From NCBI GenBank assembly GCA_963705255.1, contig OY970061.1, positions 2,208,001-2,272,000 of the forward strand: a DNA stretch of 64,000 bases. Reading direction: 5' to 3'. Below, piece by piece: positions 42,943 through 53,375 of this stretch. The DNA is from an uncultured Methanoregulaceae archaeon (lineage in GTDB: Archaea > Halobacteriota > Methanomicrobia > Methanomicrobiales > Methanospirillaceae). Both the position numbers and the translations under genes were made by a program. How positions within the stretch are numbered: the stretch's first letter is position 1; each line of letters starts with the position of its first letter. The notes beneath the pieces are model-generated. The model made no database searches and was not told the origin of the DNA. It was given only the letters and a program-made list of their open reading frames with translations.

Positions 42943-44083
42943 ATGGAGACGCTGAAGATAGCCTTCTTCTGCTGGGAGTCCCTCCATGCCGAGCGGGTGG
43001 GGGGGCTCGCGAGCGCGGCCACCAACCTCGCCGAGAGCCTGGCAAAGTCCCACGAGGTCCATTACTTCACGCGGGGGTCCATCCCGGACCAGGCCGTGAA
43101 CGATGTGCAGTACCACTACTGCCAGCCCAAGGGGGGCAACCCGGTGGCGTACTGCCACGACATGAGCATGAAGATGGTCGGGCAGTTCCGGGAGTGCGAC
43201 AGCCCCGGGCGGTTCGATATCCTCCACTTCCATGACTGGCACGCGGTCCAGGCCCTCCACCACCTCCGGGAACGGGACACCATCCTCACCTTCCACTCCA
43301 CCGAGTTCGGGAGGAACGGCAACCAGGCGGGGGACTGGTGGGAGTACCGGGAGGTATCCGGCAAGGAATGGTACGGGGGCCTCGTCGCAAAGCGGGTGAC
43401 GACGGTCTCGGCAACCCTCAGGAACGAGGTGATGCAGCTCTACAACATCCCGGACTGGAAGTGCGACGTGGTCCCGAACGGCGTGATCCCGCGCCAGTAC
43501 CCGGGCCGCGGTCGACGCGGGAGAGGTGAAGCGTGCCTACGGGATCCACCCCTACGCCCCCCTCATCCTCTTCATCGGGAGACTCGTGTACCAGAAAGGC
43601 CCCGACCTCCTGATCGAGGCCCTCAGGAAGGTCTGCCGCGAGCGCTGGGATGCGAAGGTGATCGTGGCCGGGGACGGCGGGATGCGGCAGTACCTCCAGG
43701 AGCGGGCCCGTGATCTCCCCGTCAACTTCGTGGGCTACATCCCCGACTCGGAGTACCTCCGCCTCCTGAACGCGTGCAATGTTGTCGTCATCCCGAGCAG
43801 GAACGAGCCGTTCGGCCTCGTCCTCCTGGAGGCGTGGAGCGCGGAGAAGCCGGTGGTGGCCTCGAACGTGGGCGGCCTCTCGGAGAACATCGACTCCTTC
43901 GTGAACGGGATCAAGGCGGACCCGACGCCCGACTCCCTCGCCTGGGGGATCAGCAGCCTGATCAACGAGCCCTGGAATGCCGAGGTGCTCGGGAGGCGGG
44001 GGCGGGGCAAGGTGGACCGGGTCTTTCAGTGGGACCCGGTCGCGTCACGGATGGCGGACACCTACGCGAGGGCGCTCTCCTAG
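42943..44083 (+). CDS. Glycosyltransferase family 4 (glycogen-synthase-like; apparent frameshift ~43501)
   Basis: GGLA, HFHDWH, PNG, GRLVYQKG, EPFGLVLLEAW; GGAGG SD upstream. Confidence 0.88.
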
Positions 44084-44134
44084 GGGGTGTTCCCCGGAAA
44101 TAGCCCGGAGGAGGGCCGGCCAGGGCACCGGAGC

Positions 44135-44167
44135 CGGGGTGCTGCGGCCGGGCCGGCGTTTTTTTTT
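44135..44167 (+). terminator. GC-rich segment followed by T9 tract downstream of the GT4 gene
   Basis: ...GGCCGGGCCGGCG followed by TTTTTTTTT. Confidence 0.4.
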
Positions 44168-44365
44168 CAGAATTTGTCTCAAAATCCGGAACGAGAGCGA
44201 GATCCTATTATTCCCCGCTCATAATTGCGTCCTGACTGCAGGGAATGCAGGCAGGGTACTCATGCGCCGCTGCCGCTTGTCCTGCCGTCCCGGAGACAGC
44301 GATCGTTCCATAGCCCATGGCATGAATTCACCGGGGGATCGCCGTATTCCAGTCAACAGGGTGAG

Positions 44366-44686
44366 ATGATGGACAAATTCGAAGAGATGATAAAGGCGAT
44401 GAAAGGGATGTCGCAGGCGGAGATGGCTGCGGCCGTTGAGAAGTTCAGCGGAATGTGCACCTGCCCGGGCTGCCCGACCTACACCTCCTGCGCGAAGAAG
44501 GCGAAGGAGCTCCTCTTCTGTGCGACCGGGAAGAGCTTCATGTGCATCACGTTCGAGAAAGAATGCATCTGCCCCTCCTGCCCGGTAACGCCGGAGTTCG
44601 GGCTGAAACATACCTTATTCTGTCTGAAGGGTTCGGAGAAAGCCCAGCGCTACGAGCACACGATCTGGGGAACGAAGATGGTCTGA
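44366..44686 (+). CDS. DUF2769-like Cys-rich protein
   Basis: CTCPGCPTY..C...LFC..GKS..C.....CICPSCPV.....FC..G. Confidence 0.8.
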   Translation: MMDKFEEMIKAMKGMSQAEMAAAVEKFSGMCTCPGCPTYTSCAKKAKELLFCATGKSFMCITFEKECICPSCPVTPEFGLKHTLFCLKGSEKAQRYEHTIWGTKMV

Positions 44687-45012
44687 GGTTCTGCCGGTGG
44701 CGTGACGGAGCGGCTCTGCTAAAACGATGCAGGCCTCCGCGGTCCGCTATCAGGCTGGCCCGCGCCTGCCCCGGTCCCCTCAGGGAGAGAGCCCGGTCCT
44801 CTCCCCCCCGAGCGGAGGTCGCCTGGGCACCGGTCCTGTTGGAAAAAGGGGAGTCCGCACCTGGCCGCAGAGAGGGTTCGCACGTAACGGTCCGGATATG
44901 AGAAGGGGTATCGTGATCCGGCCGGGGGAGCGCGGGGATCCCGGGCGCCTTCCGCTCCGTATCCCGGCACCGGAGACGATCCGCGCCCTCCCCCGACCCG
45001 CGAGGTTCCCTG

Positions 45013-47484
45013 ATGACGGAGAGTGGAGAGAAGCTGGAGAATGGCGGGGTCCGGAAGGACAAAACCCCTGGCCCGGGTCCATCCCGGTCCGCTGAAGAGC
45101 TGGCCGGGATCCTCACGACCGGAGCCAGAGGCCTCAGCCAGGCGGAAGTACAGGCCCGGCTGGAGGAGTACGGGTACAACGATATCCCGGAAGAGAAGAA
45201 GCACCCGCTCCGCAGGTTCCTGGGATATTTCTGGGGGCCGATCCCGTGGATGATCGAGATCGCTGCACTTCTCTCTGCAGCGATCCAGCACTGGGAGGAT
45301 TTCGGGATCATCTTCCTGATGCTCATCATCAACGCGGTGGTCGGCTTCCTGCAGGAACGCAAGGCGGAGAACGCAATCGAACTCCTGAAACAGCGCCTCG
45401 CCCCGAACGCCCGCGTGCTCCGGGACGGGAAGTGGGAGGAGATCCCGGCCCGCGGGCTGGTCCCCGGGGATATCGTGCATATCCGGCTCGGCGACATCGT
45501 GCCGGCAGATCTCCGGCTCACGCATGGCAGGTACCTCCTGCTGGACGAGTCTGCCCTGACCGGGGAATCCCTGCCGGTCGAGAAGAAGTCCGGGGACGAC
45601 GCGTATTCCGGTTCCATCGTCCGCCAGGGCGAGATGGATGCGATCGCAACGGGTACGGGGACGGGGACTTTTTTTGGCAGGACCACCCGCCTGCTCCGGG
45701 AGAAACCGCCCCGGTCCCATTTCCAGCAGGCGGTTGTCAGGATCGGCAATTACCTGATCATCCTCTCCGTATCCCTCGTCAGCCTTGTCTTTATCGTCTC
45801 CATGATCCGTGCGGAATCCATTCCCGACACCCTCCTCTTCGCCCTCATCCTGATCGTCGCCGCTATCCCGACCGCCCTGCCGGCCGTCCTCACCGTCTCC
45901 CTCGCGGTCGGAGCGGTCGCCCTTGCGAAGCGGGAGGCGATCGTCAGCCGCCTCAGCGCCATCGAGGAGATGGCAGGGATGGACATTCTCTGCACCGACA
46001 AGACCGGGACGATCACGATGAACTCCATCCGCGTCGCGGAGGTGAAGACGTTTCCGGGGATATCGGAAGACGAGATGATAACGGCCGCCGGATCCGCGTC
46101 CGCAAAGGAGAGCAACGATCCCATCGACAGGGCGATACTCGCGTGGGCTTCGTCGACAGGGACAGAAGGGGTGCCAGCGGCCGGTTATACGGTTGAGGAT
46201 TTTGTCCCGTTCGACCCGGTCCCGAAGTACTCGAAGGCCACGGTCCGGGACGGGAGCGGCGGGACCTTCGATGTGGCAAAGGGAGCGCCCCAGGCGATCG
46301 CCGCTCTCTGCACGCTGGGCGAGGACCAGGCTGCCCGCCTGGACGCGTGGGTCCTCGGACTCGCGGAGAAGGGGTACCGGGCACTCGGGGTCGGGCGCAC
46401 CGGCGCCGGGGGGAAGTGGCAGTACCTCGGCATCATCGGGCTCTTCGATCCGCCCCGCGACGACTCGGCGGCTACCATCAATGAGGCAAAACTCCTCGGT
46501 GTCAACGTCAAGATGGTGACCGGGGACCATATCGCGATCGCGCGGGAGACCGCCGGAAAGGTGGGTCTCGGGACGAATATCCTCCCCCGGTCGGCATTCA
46601 TCGGAGGCGAGGGGAAGGATGCGCTGAAGCAGCTCGAATCTGCTGACGGTTTCGCCCAGGTCCTCCCGGAGAACAAGTACCAGATTGTGAAGATCCTGCA
46701 GGAAGGGGATCACATCGTCGGGATGACGGGCGACGGTGTCAACGACGCGCCCGCCCTCCGGGCAGCGGACTCCGGTATCGCGGTCGCCGGGGCGACCGAT
46801 GCAGCAAAATCCGCTGCGGATATCGTGCTGACAAAGCCGGGCCTCTCGGTCATCATCGATGCGATCCACGAGAGCAGGACGATCTTCAGGAGAATGGAGA
46901 GCTACGCGGTGTACCGGATCGCCGAGACGGTCAGGGTCCTGATCTTCCTTGCACTCTGTATCATCCTCCTGGACTTCTATCCCGTGACCGCCGTGATGAT
47001 CGTGGTCCTCGCCATCATCAACGATATCCCGATCATGCTGATCGCGTACGACAACGCGGTGGCCGCGGCACGGCCGGTCCGCTGGCAGATGAACCGGATC
47101 CTGACCCTCGCGAGCATCCTCGGGATCCTCGGGGTTGCAGAGAGTTTCCTGCTCCTCTGGCTGGCCAGGGACTATTTCCACCTGAGCCCGGGGATTGTCC
47201 AGTCGCTCATCTTCGTCAAGCTCGCGGTCGCGGGGCACATGACGATCTATCTCGCCCGGACCGGGAAGCAGCACTTCTGGGAACCTCCCCTCCCCACGCT
47301 CTCGCTCTTTGGTGCCACCGAGCTGACCGCGATCCTTGGCACCTGCCTTGCAATCTTTGGCCTCTTCATGCAGCCTCTCGGCCTTACCCTCGCCCTGGTG
47401 GTCTGGGGGTACGCGCTCTTCTTCTTCGTGGTGAACGATCTCGTGAAGGTCTGGCTCTTCACCCGGATCCACCCGTACTCATGA
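45013..47484 (+). CDS. P3A-type plasma-membrane H+-ATPase
   Basis: FWGPIPWMIE, TGES, IPTALP, DKTGT, KGAP, DPPR, GDGVNDAPAL, LAIIND. Confidence 0.93.
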   Translation: MTESGEKLENGGVRKDKTPGPGPSRSAEELAGILTTGARGLSQAEVQARLEEYGYNDIPEEKKHPLRRFLGYFWGPIPWMIEIAALLSAAIQHWEDFGIIFLMLIINAVVGFLQERKAENAIELLKQRLAPNARVLRDGKWEEIPARGLVPGDIVHIRLGDIVPADLRLTHGRYLLLDESALTGESLPVEKKSGDDAYSGSIVRQGEMDAIATGTGTGTFFGRTTRLLREKPPRSHFQQAVVRIGNYLIILSVSLVSLVFIVSMIRAESIPDTLLFALILIVAAIPTALPAVLTVSLAVGAVALAKREAIVSRLSAIEEMAGMDILCTDKTGTITMNSIRVAEVKTFPGISEDEMITAAGSASAKESNDPIDRAILAWASSTGTEGVPAAGYTVEDFVPFDPVPKYSKATVRDGSGGTFDVAKGAPQAIAALCTLGEDQAARLDAWVLGLAEKGYRALGVGRTGAGGKWQYLGIIGLFDPPRDDSAATINEAKLLGVNVKMVTGDHIAIARETAGKVGLGTNILPRSAFIGGEGKDALKQLESADGFAQVLPENKYQIVKILQEGDHIVGMTGDGVNDAPALRAADSGIAVAGATDAAKSAADIVLTKPGLSVIIDAIHESRTIFRRMESYAVYRIAETVRVLIFLALCIILLDFYPVTAVMIVVLAIINDIPIMLIAYDNAVAAARPVRWQMNRILTLASILGILGVAESFLLLWLARDYFHLSPGIVQSLIFVKLAVAGHMTIYLARTGKQHFWEPPLPTLSLFGATELTAILGTCLAIFGLFMQPLGLTLALVVWGYALFFFVVNDLVKVWLFTRIHPYS

Positions 47485-47537
47485 GCCCGCACGCGCCCCG
47501 GCCGAACCCCCCGCGCCGGCACCGGGCGGCCTCACGG

Positions 47538-47921
47538 TCAGCCCCCCGTCTCGAGGAACTCCTTCAGCGCCACGGCATTGTTGTGCTCCTCATCGCGGGC
47601 CGCATACAGGAACGTCACGGTCCCTTCCCGGGCGAGGAGGTCCCGGAGTTCCCCGATCACGCCGGGCCGGCCCCGGATCTCGCCGGAATATCTCTTCCGG
47701 AACTCCTCCCATCTCGCGGGGTCGTGCCCGAACCAGGTCCGGAGCGCGGGGCTTGCCCCGGCATCCTTCAGCCAGAGATCGACATGTGCCCGCTCCTTCG
47801 TGACCCCCCGTGGCCAGAGGCGCTCCACGAGGACCCGGTAGCCGTCACCGTCCTCCGGGGGGTCGTACACCCTCTTCAGCCGGATCGGCAGGGAACCGCT
47901 CCTGAGTTCATCCGGTACCAT
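47538..47921 (-). CDS. DUF488/YeaO family protein
   Basis: KRVYDPP..DGYRVLVERLWPRG, WFGHDP, HNNAVAL. Confidence 0.88.
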   Translation of the reverse strand: MVPDELRSGSLPIRLKRVYDPPEDGDGYRVLVERLWPRGVTKERAHVDLWLKDAGASPALRTWFGHDPARWEEFRKRYSGEIRGRPGVIGELRDLLAREGTVTFLYAARDEEHNNAVALKEFLETGG

Positions 47922-48288
47922 GGCGCCTCACCGCCCCCCCGAGCGCCCCGCCGGTGAAAGCGAGGATCGGGAAGTAGACAATCATCGCCCATACGAGGAA
48001 GAGGACCCCCGCGACCTGGAGGACGCTGGGTATTGCCGCCCGGAGGTAGCCGGTATTCGCCATGAAATCGATCGAGACGGCGGCCAGTCCCAGGACACCT
48101 GCAGCGAAACCCGCTTTCGCCCCGTTCAGGAGGTCCTTCCCCGCGAGATACCCGGCAACGATCCCCCCGAAGAACGGGCCGACGACCGGGACGAGGTCCA
48201 TGACATTGACGGTCAGGATGGCGAAGAGGAGCATCACCACGAACCCGACGAGGACCGCTGTCCAGAAGCGGATCTTCTCCTTCTCCAT
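47908..48288 (-). CDS. Four-TM membrane protein (DUF5518-like)
   Basis: GPFFGGIVAGYLAG and GGALGG Gly-rich helices. Confidence 0.65.
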   Translation of the reverse strand: MEKEKIRFWTAVLVGFVVMLLFAILTVNVMDLVPVVGPFFGGIVAGYLAGKDLLNGAKAGFAAGVLGLAAVSIDFMANTGYLRAAIPSVLQVAGVLFLVWAMIVYFPILAFTGGALGGAVRRHGTG

Positions 48289-48563
48289 GCGGGAGAGATG
48301 CGCCGGTAAAGATAAATAATTTGGTTTCGTATCATGCGCCCGGGCACGCGGACCGGACGGTATATACGTTCTCCCGGAAATCCTCCCCGGGGACTCCGCC
48401 AGTTTCGCTGGAAGCCCGGGCGGGAATCACCCGTACTTCCTGTTGAACAATCTTTTTATGTGCATATTCTGAATTACGGACTATCGATCGTCTCCCGCAT
48501 CCCGCCATGCCAGCCGGTCAGGAATGCGGTGCGGCGGGAGAGACGATTGCACAGGAGGGCCTC

Positions 48564-49055
48564 ATGACCACGACCATTGGAGAGTACATCAAGAGGGACC
48601 ATGACGATTTCCGGCTGATGTTTGAACGGCTGATGGACAGCACCCCGGACGAGGGGGCGCTGCGGGAGGAAGTGTACCCGTTCCTGAAAAAGCGGATCCA
48701 TGCCCATCATGTAGCGGAAGAGGCGACGATATTTCCGGCCATGGAGAAGAGAGCGGATCTCATGGCAGCCACGCTCGTTCTCATCGAGGAGCACCGTGGG
48801 ATGGACATGCTGGCGAACGACCTTGCGGGAATGCCCACTACCGACCGGTTGTGGCGCCCGCGGGTCTTCCCCTTCTATGACGTAATAAGCTCCCACTGGC
48901 TCAGGGAGGAGACGGATCTCTTCGTCCACGCGCCGTATTATTTCCCGCGGAATGACCTTGTCGATACCGGCACGAAGTTTGAGAAGATACTCCTCCGGGA
49001 ATGGAAGATCAAGGGAGTGTACAACGGCGTGCCAAAGGTGATGTACCGGAGGTGA
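48564..49055 (+). CDS. Hemerythrin (HHE) domain protein
   Basis: DH, HxxxEE (HHVAEE), EEH and HWLREE di-iron ligand pattern; AGGAGG SD. Confidence 0.85.
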   Translation: MTTTIGEYIKRDHDDFRLMFERLMDSTPDEGALREEVYPFLKKRIHAHHVAEEATIFPAMEKRADLMAATLVLIEEHRGMDMLANDLAGMPTTDRLWRPRVFPFYDVISSHWLREETDLFVHAPYYFPRNDLVDTGTKFEKILLREWKIKGVYNGVPKVMYRR

Positions 49056-49381
49056 CGCGCACTGTGGACCGGTTCGACGAGCTCGTCGGGACGATACAGG
49101 AGAAGGAGACTTCCGGGCTCTGGAAGAGGTGCATCTGTGCCCAGTGCCCGAGCTTCAACGCCTGCGCCGCTGAGGCAAAAGAGTTGCTTTACTGCCTGTA
49201 CGGGCGAAGTTTCCGATGCATTACCGAGGACTTCGGCTGTATCTGCCCTGCGTGTCCGGTCGTGGACGAGATCGGTCTTGTGAACCTCACGTTCTGCCTG
49301 CTCGGATCCGAAGGTGCACAGCGGTACACGAAGACCCTCGCGGAAAGAAAAATCCCCGACCGCTCTGACCTGGTGGGATGA
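49052..49381 (+). CDS. DUF2769-like Cys-rich protein (second copy)
   Basis: CICAQCPSFNAC...LYC..GRS..C.....CICPACPV; GTG overlaps the hemerythrin stop. Confidence 0.78.
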   Translation: MTRTVDRFDELVGTIQEKETSGLWKRCICAQCPSFNACAAEAKELLYCLYGRSFRCITEDFGCICPACPVVDEIGLVNLTFCLLGSEGAQRYTKTLAERKIPDRSDLVG

Positions 49382-49469
49382 GCAGACTAAAACGGAAACG
49401 GGGATCCCATAACCCTGCTCCTGAAACGGTGGAGAGACAGGTAAACCGGAGGAAAAAATGGTAACTGAA

Positions 49470-49643
49470 ATGACAGATCAGATGGATTTGTACGTCTGCC
49501 TGGTGTGCGGATATATCTACGACCCGAAGGTCGGAGATCCAAAAGCCGGGATCCCACCCGGCGTGGAGTTCAATGCATTGCCGGCTGACTGGGTCTGCCC
49601 GGAGTGCGGGGCCGGGAAAGACCAGTTTGTCGTAGTACCGTAA
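49470..49643 (+). CDS. Rubredoxin
   Basis: [14 protein letters not shown]....[15 protein letters not shown]. Confidence 0.95.
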   Translation: MTDQMDLYVCLVCGYIYDPKVGDPKAGIPPGVEFNALPADWVCPECGAGKDQFVVVP

Positions 49644-49715
49644 CGAAGCGGTGAAGACGGATATCCGACAAAAGCGACCGGGCCGCAGCCCGACGCAAAA
49701 AATGAGGTACACGCC

Positions 49716-50138
49716 ATGCCCCGGGATACTGAAGGAACGATCAGGAGACTGGCCTCACAGCTGTTCGCATTTCCTGTTGAAGATTACCTGGCATCTGAAC
49801 AATTTTCAGCCTTCTGCAGGGATCACGATCTGGTGGATGCATGGAAGGAACATCTGGAATCCTCCCATGACAACCGGCCGGATTTATACGGCCGCGATGT
49901 GATAAAAAACGCTTTTGTCCTGTTCCTGCATCATATTTTTCACACCCGTCCGGGAGATTTTCTTCCCCTGTTCACCCGGTTTTTGATCGACCTTTCACCG
50001 GGGATCTGCCAGGCACTGCCCCTCAACGACCTGAAAAAGGATTTAACCCTTCTGGGTTATCCTGAGAGCGTCATCGATACCGGATTTTCGATCCTGAAAG
50101 AGGACGGGGCAGATCACCGGAACCCGCAGGAGCGGTGA
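49716..50138 (+). CDS. Hypothetical protein
   Basis: 140-aa ORF with GAGGT SD upstream; no recognised motif. Confidence 0.55.
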   Translation: MPRDTEGTIRRLASQLFAFPVEDYLASEQFSAFCRDHDLVDAWKEHLESSHDNRPDLYGRDVIKNAFVLFLHHIFHTRPGDFLPLFTRFLIDLSPGICQALPLNDLKKDLTLLGYPESVIDTGFSILKEDGADHRNPQER

Positions 50139-50274
50139 ACGGGGACGGGAGAGCACTGAGAGGAGCAGGTGCCGCTCCTGCATGCCCCATGCCCGTCCTC
50201 TCCCCGGGGCTCTCCGCCGGGCCGCTCCTGCCGGCACCGGAAAAAAGGTACGGTCCCCGGAATTTCCGGTGACC

Positions 50275-50498
50275 TTATGCGGAGTCCGCGACTTCGATCC
50301 TGATGATCTCGGCATGGACTGCAGCAATGGTCTTGTGCAGTTCCGCGTTTTGGGCATCCCGCACCACTTCGATGGCCTCCCGGATCCGGGCAATCGCCTC
50401 ACCCTGAGTGCTGCCATGGCCGGAGGCCCCGGGATCTCAACGCAGCGGGCGGTAAAACCGCCTTTCCCGTGAGACTCGGTTATGATAGTGTAGTGCAT
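50275..50498 (-). CDS. HicB/UPF0150-family antitoxin-like protein (apparent frameshift ~50430)
   Basis: Repaired reading: MHYTIITESHGKGGFTARCVEIPGASGHGSTQGEAIARIREAIEVV...ADSA*. Confidence 0.72.
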
Positions 50499-50621
50499 GA
50501 TCATAGTACCGGGGATGGGCCGATTCACATAGTTTCTGGTCGGAAGGGGAAGATAAAGGGAGGGGGATTCATCAAAAGAATCCCGTCATCATTGCCGGAT
50601 TCACGGGCATGCCCTCCTCCG

Positions 50622-51140
50622 TCATCTCCGGTTTCCTGCACCAGCCAGCGTGAATTTCCACGAACAGTAGGGGATGCCGGGCAGGGATTCCGGCGGGCAG
50701 GAGAGGCACTCGGTCGTGATCCGGGGATCGATCTCGCGGGCGAAGAGCGGGAAATCCACAAGCCCGACCGCTTTGCACGGGAACAGCGGCATCTTTTTGC
50801 GCTCGCGGGCTGCCTGCACCCGGCAGCTCTTCATCGTCAGGACGAGGGTCGCGGGGTCCGGCCGGACAATCTCCTGCTCGTTGACCAGCCCGAAGAGCCG
50901 GTTTTTGAGCGCCGTCTCCAGCGCGTCCAGTCCTCCCCGGTGAGGGAGGTCCAGCCGTTCCCGGATCCGCCGGGCCTCGATGACCGAGAACTGCTCCCAG
51001 ACCTTCCGGTCCAGTCCGAGGGCGGCATCCATCCCGTATTCCTGTTCTACCGCCTGGAACCAGAGCCCGTCGATGGCCAGCCAGTTCCTGGCTGCATCGG
51101 TGAGGGCTTTTCCGGCCTGGTCATCCCTTCGTTTGTCCAT
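50622..51140 (-). CDS. DUF6125-like (V4R-related) protein
   Basis: NWLAIDGLWFQAVE..YG, CRVQAAR, PCK, C.SCPP, CSWKF. Confidence 0.75.
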   Translation of the reverse strand: MDKRRDDQAGKALTDAARNWLAIDGLWFQAVEQEYGMDAALGLDRKVWEQFSVIEARRIRERLDLPHRGGLDALETALKNRLFGLVNEQEIVRPDPATLVLTMKSCRVQAARERKKMPLFPCKAVGLVDFPLFAREIDPRITTECLSCPPESLPGIPYCSWKFTLAGAGNRR

Positions 51141-51195
51141 GCTGTTAAAACCCCGTCGGAGTATGAACCGCAAAACCCGGACGCAGGGTGCCCGC

Positions 51196-52111
51196 TCACT
51201 TCCCGGCGTCCAGATGTTCCTGGATCTTCTGCGCTGCCGCCTCCCCGGCGCTGTCGAGCGGGACGAGCCGGATCTCATCGGCCGATGCCACGCCGACACC
51301 CAGTTCTGCTGCCCGGGCGATCTGCTCGAGGCCGAAGATCGGCCCGTCCGCCAGGTCCGGGACCGTGCCGTGCATCCGGAGGAGGGCGACTCCAACGGCA
51401 TCGAGAGCGACCCGGTCGCTTCCCGCGAGGATGAGCCCCGGCCTGACCAGTTTCCCCGTGTCCGGGCCGCCGCTCGCGAACCCTTCCGTGGCATCCATCA
51501 TCACGAGATCGGTGCGATAGAAGCGGTTAATCTCGGCGATCATCGAGCGCTGGTGCGGGGAGCCGTGCAGTTCTCCCATGAAATCGTAGTTCACGCCCGG
51601 TACCCGGCGGGCAATGCAGCCCACGGAATTCTTGAGGGACAGGGTGAAATGCCCCCCGTACCGGTGGGTCTTCAGGCAGCAGGTCTGCACGACCCGGTCG
51701 GCCCTGGCAAAGACCGAGGCGAGGAAGAAGCCGCGGCTCCAGTGGAGCCCGGGCGCCTGGACCTCCTGCCAGCCTTGGCGGCCGAGGTCGTCCAGGACCT
51801 CAAGGGAGAAGCCTTTCTCGTGCGCAAGCGCGGTGACGCCCATTCTGGTGAGCACGTCGCCCGTCCTGCCCATGCCGCTCCGCTCGGCAAGGGTGAGCCG
51901 GCCCGGCCGTTCGGCAAGGATGGCGCTGCAGATGGCATCGAGGGTATTGATGTCCGTGGAAGCCGGGAACGGGTCGGCGCTGTTGAAATTTGCCTTGAGG
52001 GCGACGGCTGCCCCGGAGAGTACCCGAGAGATCGAATTCGCCAAGCACCCGCCGTATGCCTTCCTTACGGTCCGAGGCGCCTGCAATGAATACATCCGTC
52101 TTTCCCGTCAT
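51196..52111 (-). CDS. DUF362 family protein (apparent frameshift ~52022)
   Basis: LKANFNS, LAERSG, LKTH...FTLSLKN.VG, DRVALDA. Confidence 0.82.
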
Positions 52112-52307
52112 GGTGTCCCACGCTGATCCTGTAGGTGCGGGACGATATGAACCTGCGCACTGCGGAGCGTCCGGGCTTTCCGGGTCGGGAAGATGCTGCA
52201 GGCATCTTCGCGGTGCTCAGGCAGCAGGAACGGTACCGGGTTGCCCGTTCCCGTACCGGGATCCCGGACCCGGCCATCGCGCCGAAAAAAGCCGGGCCCG
52301 CGAATGA

Positions 52308-53102
52308 TTATTCCCGCGATACAGCAGTTCTCCCCGCGTGCTCCTCTTCTTCGCGGACGCGGCCTGCCGCAATCTCACAGTAGCGCGGGTCGATCTCGAT
52401 GCCGACACCGCAACGGCCGCAGCGGGCCGCTGCGACGAGCGTGCTCCCGCTGCCCATGAAGGGATCGAGAACGGTATCCCCGACGAACGAGAAGAGTTTC
52501 ATACAGCGGAGCGGGAGCTCGACCGGGAACGGGGCAGGGTGGCCGATCCGGCTCTTGCGTTCGCCGGAGAACGTCCAGAGCCCGTTGGTCCAGGCCATGA
52601 ACTCCTCCTTGGTGATATCGGACTGCCGCGACCCGCTGGTCTTTTTCCAGCTCTCTTTGTAGAGCACGACGATCAGTTCCACGGGGGCGATCACGTACGG
52701 CGCCGAGGCGCTGGCCCACGACCCCCATGCGGTACGGCGGGAGATGTTCCCCTCGTTCCAGACGATGGTCGAGTGGTAGGAGAACCCGGCCTCTTTGGCA
52801 ATCGTGGTGAGGTCGGCCCCTACGCTCTGCTGGCCCCCCTTGTTCTTGTCAAGGGGGATGTTCAGGCAGAACCGCCCGTCGGTTTTGAGCCAGCCGTGGC
52901 AGCGTTTCATCCAGCGGTGCGAGAAATCGAGGTACTCGTCGTACGTGACGCGGTCGTCATGGGAATTATATCTGATGCCCACGTTATAGGGCGGCGACGT
53001 GACTGCGAGGTCAACGCTCCCCGCGGCAAGCATGTCGGTTGCAAAGATATCCCCGTTGATGATGGAGGACTGCACTCCCCTGAAAAAAAACCCGTTCTCC
53101 AC
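52308..53102 (-). CDS. Orphan beta-class amino (likely N4-C) DNA methyltransferase
   Basis: TSPPY, TAWGSW, HPAPFPVEL, LDPFMGSGST, GIEID. Confidence 0.92.
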   Translation of the reverse strand: MENGFFFRGVQSSIINGDIFATDMLAAGSVDLAVTSPPYNVGIRYNSHDDRVTYDEYLDFSHRWMKRCHGWLKTDGRFCLNIPLDKNKGGQQSVGADLTTIAKEAGFSYHSTIVWNEGNISRRTAWGSWASASAPYVIAPVELIVVLYKESWKKTSGSRQSDITKEEFMAWTNGLWTFSGERKSRIGHPAPFPVELPLRCMKLFSFVGDTVLDPFMGSGSTLVAAARCGRCGVGIEIDPRYCEIAAGRVREEEEHAGRTAVSRE

Positions 53103-53375
53103 GCCGCACCCTTTTCTAAGCTTCGCTCTGGTGTGCTAAAGAATTACCCCTGCGAAATGAGAGGGGGATGATGCACCTCATACCTCTGGCTGCAGGTACA
53201 AGGGGATTCCCTGCGCCTGCCTGGTACAGGTGGTGCCGCCCGCCCGGTTGACTGAACCGTGAGGTTACATGAATAACTTTCACCATCAGGAAAATATTTC
53301 AACAGCGCCACTGAATTGATAGTAGAGTGTTCTGCTACAGGCAAAGCTTGGTGCGGATACTGTCCGGAGCGGGTA

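Noticed and set aside
44719-47472. 917-aa antisense ORF opposite the H+-ATPase, and similar long shadow ORFs (40672-42117, 39939-41192, 33043-33891)
   Set aside because: Expected shadows of GC3-rich genes; no motifs.
53100-53370. Possible tRNA or ncRNA in longer intergenic gaps (also 42550-42940, 44690-45010, 59290-59550)
   Set aside because: No cloverleaf, T-loop consensus or repeated structure could be supported by eye.
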